Part shown: positions 35,592-46,266 of the stretch, one piece after another | Layout of the letters: every line of letters begins with the position of its first letter | Position numbering within the stretch: the stretch's first letter is position 1 | From: Gonapodya sp. JEL0774 | Lineage: Eukaryota | NCBI GenBank assembly: GCA_027604505.1 | Contig: JADIIX010000004.1 | Location: forward strand, 248,001 to 312,000 | Length of the DNA stretch: 64,000 nt | Direction: 5' to 3' | Program-made: the position numbers and the translations under genes | Notes under the pieces: model-generated | The model's database searches: none | What the model saw: only the letters and a program-made list of their open reading frames with translations | Told to the model about the DNA's origin: nothing

Positions 35592-38551
35592 ATGAGCTGT
35601 GCAAACCACAACAATTGCCCGGTGGGCACATCTCCAGACCTTGAGGAGCTATCCGCCCCCGCTCCTCTGCATACCAACGGAAATATTCACTACGACCTTG
35701 ATCCAGAAGATTTGCAAGTCGGCGTTGAAGTCATCCCAGGGTCAAACCTAAAACTCAGGAGCCGGAGGTGACTCGTCGTGTTCTTCAGATCAGTCTTTCC
35801 CAGTTGACTCAACTCCCACCGCCACCCCTTCAGATGGTTCAATGACTCGTCAGTACTTACTTCCCTCCAAGATTTCATACTCGCTTCTTTTTCTCATTAA
35901 GGGGTTTAATGTAGGCATGACGTTGGAATGACTGCACTCTATATCGAGCGTTACCTAAATTACGGAATTACTCGGTGAGACCTTTCAGGAGATCGCGATG
36001 GAGTTTTCGTATTTGACTCATCCATCGGGTTTCCAACAGGGAAGAACTTCAGAGTGACAAACCCATCATCGGTATTGGTGAGTTGTTGCAACAACATGCA
36101 CTTACAACACAAAGCTCAGCCTTTTTTCACGATTTTGTTTTTCAATATCTGAAAGCTCAAACTGGCTCAGATCTGTCCCCTTGCAATCGCCACCACACTA
36201 TCCTGGCATCCCGTTTACGAGACGGAATCCGTGCTGCCGGAGGTGTGCCTCTCGAATTCCCCGTACACCCGATTCAGGTCAGCCATTATGCATGCTTTGC
36301 CCCGGGTCAAAACGCAACTCGTTGACTTCTGTTGAATCCGATTCGACTATCTTCCCCAGGAAACTGGCAAGCGACCCACCGCCGCGTTGGACCGAAATCT
36401 CGCATATCTTGGCCTCGTCGAGGTGCTCCATGGCTATCCCCTTGACGGTGTTATCCTGACAACTGGCTGCGATAAGGTTTGTTCCTTTTGACATCAATTA
36501 TACGCGGCCATCCTCACTGCCGGTTGTTATGCTTCTACAGACCACCCCTGCTATGCTTATGGGAGCTGCTAGTAAGACTTGAACTCCTTCGAGTCTCTTT
36601 CAATACCTTTACTTACCTCGACGAATGTGTATCGACGCAGCGGTCAACATTCCCTCTATTGTGTTTTCTGGGGGACCTATGCTTGATGGTTACTACAAGG
36701 GTGAACTCGCAGGCAGCGGAACTATCGTGTGGAAGGCGTAAGTTTCGACAATGAGTAGATACGGTGAAAATGTGGCGACTGAAAGTCGGAATTAACCAGC
36801 CGCAAGCTCTTCGCGGCGCAAGAGATCAATTACGACGAATACGTTGACATGGTAGCTGCCAGTTCCACCTCTGTCGGACATTGCAGTACAATGGGTACAG
36901 CATTGAGTATGAACAGTCTCGCCGAAGCGGTCGGCATGTCTCTTCCAGGGTGCGCAGCGATACCGGGTCCCTACCGACAACGAGGCCAAATGGCTTACAT
37001 GACTGGAAAGTGAGTACAATATTGGATCGAGATGTGGTACATGCTGAAGTTTGGCATGTACCCCATCGCGTTTACTTTGGTGTGCGCATGGAGTAAGCTC
37101 GTCTGTTTCTCACAAACCTTTAATGTTTGCAGACGCATAGTTGAAATGGTTCGGGAAAACCTGACACCCTCCAAGATTATGACCAAAGAGGCATTCCGAA
37201 ATGCTGTTGCGGCGTCATCTGCTCTGGGAGCGAGCTCCAACTGTCCCATCCACATGATGTGAGCAGTTCTTTTTCAAATTGTATACTTCCATCGGTGGAT
37301 TATGCTTATTTTTTCTCTTTGCCATACCTCCTTTTCATGCAGTGCAATCGCCCGTCACATGGGAGTTGAACACAGCCTTGAAGATTGGCAAGCAGTAGGC
37401 CCAGAGATTCCTCTCCTTGTCGACTGCCAGCCGGCCGGGCGATTCCTTGGCGAGCGATTCTACCGAGCCGGAGGTGTCCCGGCAGTAATGCGGGAACTTT
37501 TGGATGCCGGCAAGATAGACGGTTCTGTCACGACGGTGACAGGGAAGACCCTTTCAGAAGATCTAGCGAGCGTAAAATTGGAGGACGTTGACCGGGAGGT
37601 GATCAGAGCTTACAACGCGCCCCTCCTGGAGCGAGCGGGCTACGTTGTCATGAGGGGGAACTTCATGAAGTGGGTTGCGCCTCTAAACTATCAGGGATGC
37701 TACCGTTTTCAAATTCTTTCCCCCTTTTTAGCTCTGGGATTCTCAAAATGTCTGTCATTGACGAGGAATTTAGAAAACGGTATCTGAGCACTCCGGACAA
37801 AGAGAATGTCCTCGATGGGACCGCAGTGGTTTTCGAAGGCACCGAGGATTACCACAAGCGCATTGAAGACCCTGCTTTGGCACTTACCGCGCACTCGATT
37901 CTTGTGATTCGCAACTCTGGTCCAGTAGGATACCCGGGATCCGCAGAAGGTATGCATGGAAGTTGCCTGGAGTTCGCCAGCAAACGGATTGTCTCATAAG
38001 TTTATCCTCCGAACAGTCGTAAACATGCAACCCCCTGCGTACCTACTTAAGCAAGGAATTTCGACCCTTCCAACCCTCGGCGATGGTCGTCAATCGGTGA
38101 GCTCGAGCATGATATGCTTCCAACAACTTGGTTGTTCCTTCCTGAGTACCTCCCTATTACTAGGGGACATCCGCATCACCTTCCATTCTCAATGTGTCCC
38201 CAGAGTCAGCTGTCGGCGGTGGCCTCGCTTTACTCAAGACTGGTGAGACACCATCCCTGGGTCTTCTTTAGTCTTGGCTCTTCAACATTTGCTCTGTACT
38301 CTGTCTCACTTTATATAGGTGACCCGATGCGTATAGATCTCAACACTCGACGAGTGGACGTTTTAATTCCCGACGCGGAACTTGAGGAACGTCGCAAGGC
38401 GTGGACAGCGCCGAGGCTGAAGAACAAGACCCCATGGGAAGAAATCTATCGGTCACTGGTGGGACAATTGGAGTCGGGAGGATGTTTGGAGATGGCCACT
38501 CGATATCAAAAAGTCATTGAGACAAAGGGGGAGTCGAGGCATAATCATTGA
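35592..38551 (+). CDS. IlvD/Edd-family [Fe-S] sugar-acid dehydratase, D-xylonate dehydratase (XylD)-like; ~14 introns
   Basis: [79 protein letters not shown] and C-terminal RHNH*. Confidence 0.9.
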
Positions 38552-38725
38552 CATTTCGACCGGAATTCGAGATAATCCCTCAAAGACGTCTTTGACTTTT
38601 TCCATCGAGCGGATAGGTCTTGTCGAGCGCATGATCGCATTACATAAAGAAGAGAATAAAATTATATTCCACCACAATGACGCAGATGTTTGCTCCGCCA
38701 CATCTATTTTTCAATTGTCGGCAGC

Positions 38726-39367
38726 ATGTCCGCGGATGACGAATCCACATCAGAACTTTTGGAGAATGACACTCTTTCTCCGCTTCCTTCTTCATCTGGG
38801 ACAGCTCCCGGAATTCTTGATCTCGGGTTCCCGACAGCACAATCTTCATCCACCCACCACTCCAGCGCACCGTCACCGTCAATGCATTCACGCAAAGGAA
38901 GTACTCTGACTTTTGCAACTTCAGCCACTGCAATCCCAACATCTGCAGGCTCGCTCTTGTTGCCGTCTGAGCTCGATCCAACTTCACTTCGGGCGCTCAA
39001 ATCCACGGCCCGAATGTCGTCCAATGCACTTCAATTAGCACAAAAACTGCGCTCCGCAAGAGATGAGTTGATTCGGGCGACGGCCAAAACTGCGCAGTTG
39101 CAAAAACAGTATGCCGAGAGGGAAAAAGAGGTCAAGGCTATAGAGCAGGAGTGTGACGAAGCGAGGAAAGAAGTGGAGAAGTTGAACAGAGGCTTGGACG
39201 CACTGGTCAAGGAGAAGAGCAAGTGTGAGAATTGCCTGAAGGAACTCAAAGATGAGAACGCGTTCTTGGAGGCAATGCTGAAAGAAGGAGCATTTGGACC
39301 ATTGGCCGGGGAACTCATCGAGAAAGAACAATTCGCATTAGATGACAAGATAGCACTAGAGAGCTGA
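38726..39367 (+). CDS. Single-exon coiled-coil protein with a Ser-rich N-terminus, unknown function
   Basis: ORF 38690-39367, first ATG at 38726; heptad E/K-rich C-terminal half. Confidence 0.65.
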   Translation: MSADDESTSELLENDTLSPLPSSSGTAPGILDLGFPTAQSSSTHHSSAPSPSMHSRKGSTLTFATSATAIPTSAGSLLLPSELDPTSLRALKSTARMSSNALQLAQKLRSARDELIRATAKTAQLQKQYAEREKEVKAIEQECDEARKEVEKLNRGLDALVKEKSKCENCLKELKDENAFLEAMLKEGAFGPLAGELIEKEQFALDDKIALES

Positions 39368-39426
39368 TCGTTAATAATTTTGTGAAACACGGATAAAGCG
39401 GTTCGCCCACCCACCGATCCATCGCG

Positions 39427-39442
39427 CGGAGTTTTTGTTCCG
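39427..39442. promoter_or_regulatory. Candidate Zn2Cys6 binding site CGG-N10-CCG upstream of the crotonase gene
   Basis: CGGAGTTTTTGTTCCG ends 25 bp before the ATG at 39468. Its first 11 nt are identical to 44329-44339. Confidence 0.4.
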
Positions 39443-39467
39443 ACAGAACAACCAGCTAATCGCAATC

Positions 39468-41019
39468 ATGACTCTGCCAAGCTTCAAAAACGCGCTCATT
39501 TCTATTCCGAGACCACACGTTCTGCTCATCGTGAGTCTCCAACCGTCAAATGTCAATTCTGCCCAAGACGTGAAACCCAACCGAAACTTCTAATTTGGAA
39601 GACGATGAATCGCCCAGACAATCTCAATGCCTTTAATGTTGGTCTGCAGTAAGTGGTGACGAGTTTGACTCACACCAAAAGGTTCCACGTTGCTCACCTC
39701 CTCGGATGTTACAGTGACGACATGTCCGCAATCTGGTCCGTGGTTCTCAACAAACATCGGAACAATGTATCCACGAGCTCATGAGATCTGCCATCTTATT
39801 TTTTCTCCTCCGCACCAGGGATTTGTATGAGAAGGACAATAACTTGTGGTGTGCTGTGCTCACTGGTGCCGGAAGAGCCTTTTCCGCGGGAAACGATCTT
39901 GTCGAGATGTCGACCAAGCCGGCCCACCAGACTATTAAAAAAGGAAACAATGGTGCTTAACAATGGGCAGCCTTCCAATTCCGTTTATGGTGTCAAGCTC
40001 TCACCTCGGTTTTACACTGTGCGTTAAACAGGTTTCGGAGGCTTAACTAACAGGACATCCTTGACCAAGCCCGTCATCGCTGCGGTCAACGGAATCGCCA
40101 TGGGTGGAGGGTGAGCACTTAATAGCGCTCGTGCGAGGTGATAGTTTTTGAAAGGTGCTCCCCATAAATATCCCAACTGCAACCACTTGCTGCAGCATGG
40201 AAACAGCCATTGCTTGTGACATCATTCTGGCAAGTGAACATGCGCGTTTCGCGCTCCCCGAGGTGAAGGTTGGTCTCAGCGCGATGGCTGGTAAGTTGTG
40301 CACCCAAGTGCACCTGAAAGACATGTTTTGGTTTTGTGTTATGTATTTGATGCGAACTACTCTCTAGGCGGGACGGCAAACCTGCACAGACTTATTGGGT
40401 GAGATTTCCCCTTGTCTCTGTCGCTTTTGCGTTTGACCTGTTGAATATCGGAACAAAGATACCACAATGCCATGGCGCTCATCCTCACTGGCCGTCATTT
40501 CACCGCACAAGAAGCGAAAGATATGCGTTTGGTCCAGGAGGTTGTTCCCCATGCTGTGAGTGTGGCGAATCAGGACACTTGCAATGGAGGATGGTACGGC
40601 GTGCCTAACATCTCTTGCAACCTTTCCTTCCCTCCTCCTTCATCTCACAACCACTTAAAACTAACAGAATCTTGTAGACAGGGCCCTACAAATCGCCGAG
40701 GAGATCACCGCGAACTCACCTGACGGCGTTCGTGCGTCAAAGGCACAGGCAAGACGCGGCCGGGAAGTTGGGTGGATCCAGGCCAACCTTGATTCTATGA
40801 CACTACCCGAGGTGAGCAGCACTCATAACTTTTCCGAGATATGCCTGGCGCTCACGCCATGGAGTGGCAAACGACAACTCACTATGATTGTGTACTACAA
40901 TTGACACGTCTTAGACTGTTGCGATGGCTACGGGCACAAACGCAAAAGAAGGACCCCTTGCTTTCGCCCAGAAGCGGAAGCCAAACTGGGGACCGTTGGC
41001 GCCCCTGCCCAAGTTATGA
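39468..41019 (+). CDS. Enoyl-CoA hydratase/isomerase (crotonase; CaiD-like), probably peroxisomal
   Basis: MNRPDNLNAF, AVLTGAGRAFSAGNDL, KPVIAAVNGIAMGGGMETAIACDII, FALPEVKVGL and EGPLAFAQKRKPNW; ends -PKL. Confidence 0.9.
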
Positions 41020-41341
41020 GGGAGAGTGGTTTGCTGTCCTAATAGGAGGGCAAAGTGACATAGGCTTCTAGCATGCTCTGTTTGACGGAAATAAAACCGA
41101 CCTGGCATCACTCAATGACTGAGTGTGTGACCGAGCACTCCGTCTCAACGATTGCTGAGTCTTCATCTGAACACACCGGTAAATCTCATATACCGGGTCT
41201 AGGTTTGCCGCGGAGCAGGACGGTTGTCCAACGAACGTAAATGTGTGCATAAATTAAAATTGGGTATTTTCCTCTTGGAGGTTCAGTCCCAAAATTTACG
41301 TAAATGGGATAAAATACAAAATTCAACATAATGTAGTGCCA

Positions 41342-44254
41342 TTAAACTTGAATAATTCCGTTGGCGAATGCCACTCGTACCACCGTGGCATAGTACGCAT
41401 CCGCAGAGGCCCAAAACCTGCGGAGGGCGTCAAGAGCTTTGATAAGAATCGCAACTGACCGTCGAGAGGTTCTCAGAAGCTCTGCGTTGGGAAAGTCGGG
41501 GAAGGGGTGAGAAGTAGGCAACATGGTGGAAACGAGAGCGTTCATGAGGTGAACCATGCACGTCTTTCGCAGATTGACGGAAGAGTGAGAGTTAAGTGAA
41601 ACGGTTCAATGGATAAGCCTTGAACACCATGAATCTACCTCAAAGACGGGAAATGTCAAACAGGCATTAAAGTAGCGCAGGGTAGGTTCAGCGACGAGAA
41701 GTCGTTCGATTATTGCGGCCACGCGATTAGCCTGTGAATGTAGACGGTAACACGCAATTCGACAAGAAGCGCAAAAGTCACCCACTCACTGCGTGAGTGC
41801 AGACATCAAAAGACGTTCGCGTAGGCCACACAAAGTCGTGCAGTGTCAGTTCCGGTCTAAAGTTGCGTCAGAAAGATTATATCACGCTTGAACAATGGAC
41901 CGAACCTCACCGGTGAAGAAGGATCACAGTTGCGTGATACAAAACATGCAGACACGCACTTCCTGCCAGCGTCCGGAGCTCACTTCGCGACACAGATCCA
42001 TTGGGGTCCGTGTGCGGAATGTACTCTTTTTTCGCGTCATCGGAGAGTCCCGTCCAAAACTCTTTGAGCTCCGAGTCTAGTTGACACAGACGGTCATCCA
42101 AGTGTCCAATTGACGTGCGACTCGACTTCTCGCTCTTTGCATAGCTTGCCACCTTCCCGAAGATGACGGACATCATCATCTGCTCCCTTGCATATTTTGA
42201 CGGCCACTTCTGTTGCAAAGTGCTGCTTGTCATCACTGGAACAAGGCCAAACGCACTCTCTAATCCTTTTTCCCAATTTGGGATGTTCCGATGAATTTTT
42301 GCCACGCTATTTCTGGGATATCCAGAGTCATCGAGATTATTCCACTCAATGTCGTTTGGGAAGTCAACGTAACATTTGCAGGGATCGATCAGACTCGGAC
42401 GCCCAGCGATCATGCTAGACAGGGTGTCGAAATAAAACACAAACCACCATGCCCGCTTACGACTTTCAAACTCTAGAGGTGTGAGCTGCGCTAGAACACC
42501 GGCGTCGGGGGCTTCATGCCACTTCATTTCGAGAATCATCCTTACAGACATGCCACCATACATCCCTGCAGGTGCCAACAAAATCCCAAGCCCAAAAACA
42601 AGAGAAATACATGTGCATGAAAGAAAACAGAATAAGGAAACAAACACTCACAGCCTAGACTGACTCGGCCCGAACCTGTCGCATACAGGGACATGAACAC
42701 GAGAGACAAAACCGTACTCAAACAGGGCTCCTCCAAGGAAAATGTAAGAAGTCGCCGTGCAATAGAAAAGTAACGTTCCCCTTCATGGGCAGATGGAAGA
42801 CCAGGGAGGTTCTGTGCTCGCCACTCCGGAGATCCAACTGCTCCAACAGCAAGAGTGGTGGAGAGTGCATACATCGAGTAAATCAACAGAGGACTTTGGT
42901 GATCCAATGTGGCAAAAAAGGTTCCCTAGTCATCGTCGAAAGTGAGTATCTCTGGTCTGTAAAATATGAAGCACCCAGCTGGACGCACAGGATGAATGAC
43001 AGGGGCCCACATCATATTCTCAAAGAAATATTGTAGCAAATCCACACGAGTTGCTTCACGTGGGACCAATTTTCTCAGAAGACGAAGGCGAAACAGCGAT
43101 GGATTCATTCCTAGTCTTTCCAAACCAGCAACGAGAGCGGCAATTTCAGCGTCTTGTGGAACATTTTCCGCCAGGACATCTGCGACCAGTGCCGTTGAGC
43201 TTCTCCTCTGCCTTCTTACTCCCCATGGGATCGATTCAAAATGGGTGGCAGAGAAAGATGCTCCAACTGTCCGGTCCGTCATTGTGTCTACATAGTTATC
43301 ATCTCCATCAATGCTGACATCAACAACATCGAACTTCTCCGTGCCTCGACGTCGAGCGATGTCATCAAAGTAAGTAGTAGAATCTCTCAGTTTAATAGTG
43401 AGTGAGATAGCGTCACCGGAAATGGTTTCGTCTGATAGCGGTAATTGAGGAGAAAGGGTTTCGAGACTAGTCGTCCCTTTCCCCGTTAAATCTACTCCAA
43501 ATTCTGGAGGAAGGGTGCGCATGTCATAGTTAAAAGTCATTTCCTGAGGAATGGAATGGAAGAAATGTGACGTTGCTTCTCGCGGTGGTGGGGGTAGTTC
43601 CTCGGGTAGAAACTGCAAAAACGAAGAGTTGCTCGAGACTGGTGTCATACCCTCCGGTGAGACTTCGCGAGAGTGGTTCTGATCCTCGTTCACTTCATCT
43701 TCGCTCGAGTCTGTGACCTCTTCAATGTTATCCAGATTCTCCAACGAAGGAATTTCGACTCTCTTAAAAGGAGCATCTGACCCTGTTGGAGCTGCAGACG
43801 CGAGCGCAGCATCCATGGCCCGTAATCGCAATTCGAGATGCTGTATGTACTCTGCCTTGGACATTCTTTTCTTGGGCTCCGCCTTCAATGAAACAAACGC
43901 AGCGGTGCCTGTTCGTCATATTTATGGCGGAGCTGTCGCAAACATGCAGTACCCTCACCTTGGTATACACGCAATCACGGGCAGTTTTCGAGCAATGTGT
44001 ACATGGTTTGTTTCCATCACAGCGTTTCTTCGACTTATGGCAGCTGATGATATGTATCATGACAGTTTACCAAATGTGGCTTCGTTTCCCTTTTAACTTT
44101 CCTGAACTCACGACAAACAAGCAACTCTATTGCGACTCCATCGTGGAGTTCGGCGTGTTTGTCCCTTCCGTCCAGAATGTGTGGGATCACACCCTGAGTT
44201 ACGACCCTGATCATCCCCAGCAGTAATGGGGCTTTTGGTCTCCCTTGCGCTCAT
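41342..44254 (-). CDS. Zn(II)2Cys6 binuclear-cluster transcription factor with a fungal-specific TF (middle homology) domain
   Basis: Spliced ACLS|CHKSKKRCDGNKPCTHCSKTARDCVY; dimer helix YIQHLELRLRAMD; ESRKRAWWFVFYFD. Confidence 0.92.
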
Positions 44255-44424
44255 CCGTGGTACCCCCAAGTAGCAGATGTGATCTTGTAGTTCGTGGTAT
44301 TATGGAGTTGTGTATATTAGGGAATCTTCGGAGTTTTTGGGTTCCACCAAAATGTTGGCTGTGAAATCTTCACATTCACCAACTTTTTACCTCCAAAAAA
44401 CCGAGATTTGGATTCCCAAGACTG
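44255..44424. promoter_or_regulatory. 170-bp bidirectional promoter with an imperfect ~98-bp palindrome
   Basis: Divergent ATGs at 44254 and 44425. Paired arms are GGGAATC/GATTCCC, TCGG/CCGA, TTTTTGG/CCAAAAA, GTTGG/CCAAC and TGTGAA/TTCACA. Confidence 0.6.
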
Positions 44425-46100
44425 ATGTCTGCAGCGAATCCAAGATGGAAAAGGCGACCGGAAGGTTCCACATGGGGGGACTGGGGTAATTCATTCGATG
44501 TTGGAACTGGGTCGGGATGAATCCTTGCATGCTGGCTGCACTTCCACCTATAGGTGCCGATGACCAACTTGGAAGAATGAATCTCGTGACAGCGGAAAAA
44601 GTAAAGCAAGGAGTGGCCGAGGTAGGGCTGACATAGTTGTCTCATCGTAGGCCTTCATTGTCCACAATGAATCCCCATGCCCCACCCGATTTAACGTGGC
44701 GAGGTCAAAGAAGGTATTAGATTTAATCTGAACCTTCCTCTCACCCTTCCTGGTGGCGGGTCCGTTACGTCAGTGCTCAAGAAGGGCCGCTCAGCTTAAC
44801 TGAAAGGCTTTACATTGCAGAAATGCTCTGAATCCAAGAAGAAATCCGCCTGTGTTATCGCCAACCCACCGTTTGGAACCAGGCTTTGAAGGAGCGTCCA
44901 ATTTCAACATTCCATTGACGATTCAGAACCCACTGTTTACAGACATTGTGAACGATGATAAGGTTGAACTAGTGTTACAGGTTCGCTGTTTCCTGAATTA
45001 GCGGTCTTGCTAGTATTCGCTGACTTTGCCCGACGTTCCCCATTGCTCAAGTATTCATCCCAGTGGGATGGATTTGCTCATGTCGGGTCCCAATTTGATC
45101 TTATGGACAACGGAAAGCCTGAATTCTGTTTCTGTGGGGTCACTGTCTATGCCGTTCAAAGATGTACACCCTGATTGTGCTCTCCATACAGACAATGGCT
45201 TTCGTGCGGGAATCGACATAATCGGTCCTGTTACATACTCTCCCGAGGGAAAAGTTATTGAGACCCACTCCCACGGGCACATCGGTGCGAATAAGCTCAG
45301 CGTTTGCAACCTTGCTGTTCATGCTATTCAAGGGCGAGGTGTGATGGTGGATTTGGAAAAACATTTCGGAAGGGAGAAGCGCTATGTTTCGGTGAATATA
45401 GTGCCGTTTATGTATGGTGTTGCTAATCATATAGTCTTGACGCTCATTTCAGTATGGCGATTTGATGAAAGTCATGGAGGAGGACAACGTTATCGTGGAA
45501 AAGGGGGACCTTTGTGAGCACAGTCTACTTCTGTTCTGTGGTGCCCTGCTATGATTGAAGGTCGCTGTCAGTGTTCTTCCACACTGGGTTCGCTCAATCA
45601 TTGATAGAAATGAACGGCAATCCAGATCCCCACGTCTTACATAATACTTGCTGTGGATTGGATGGCCGAGATCCCGACCTGTTAAGGTGGATCACAGACT
45701 CTGGTGTCGCGGCACTTATTTCGGACAAGTACGTGCGATACTTGCATTCAAGTCCCCTTCAATAAATTGTGACCTGAACCCCGATATGACAGCTACGCAG
45801 TGGAGCAGCTCCCCGCTCGCCCTCCACCAGGTGACGCTGCTGGTCGCCCACACGCGTCCATGCCCCTACACGAACACGCTCTGTTCCGCGTCGGAATAAA
45901 TCTCGGGGAGATATGGCAACTCACAGAGCTTGCTGTTTGGCTGCGTGAACACAATCGGAACAGGTTTTTTGTGACTTGCCCAGGACTCAACCTTCCAGGT
46001 GCTGTTGGCTGGTGAGTTGCCAAAGTCCGTTTGTATTTCACGGGTATGCGAATTTTTGCCGTTATATTGCAGTCCTCCTTGCGCTGTTGCCACTGTGTAA
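44425..46100 (+). CDS. Cyclase-family (kynurenine formamidase-like) metal-dependent hydrolase, bacterial-type; ~9 introns
   Basis: RWKRRPEGSTWGDWGADDQLGRMNL, LQYSSQWDGFAH, QGRGVMVDL, FHTG, ISDNYAVE, PLHEHALFRVGINLGEIW and LPGAVG..CAVATV*. Confidence 0.88.
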
Positions 46101-46266
46101 CTGAAGTGAATACATCTATCCATCGCTTTGATTAATACGTTGCGTGTTACAGCTGAAAAGGGTTTCGAGCGGATGCCCGCTTGATTCTCTAACATGTCCG
46201 ATCCGTCACCATTCGAAACCTATATATTTAAATTTAGTGGCATCGAAAGTTTAGCGTCCTTGATTC

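Noticed and set aside
35592..38551. Canonical Ilv3 dihydroxy-acid dehydratase
   Set aside because: No mitochondrial presequence is evident, and the N- and C-terminal motifs fit the sugar-acid dehydratase subfamily.
34335..46100. Bacterial contamination or a true prokaryotic operon
   Set aside because: The enzyme genes contain many spliceosomal introns and are contiguous with clearly eukaryotic genes.
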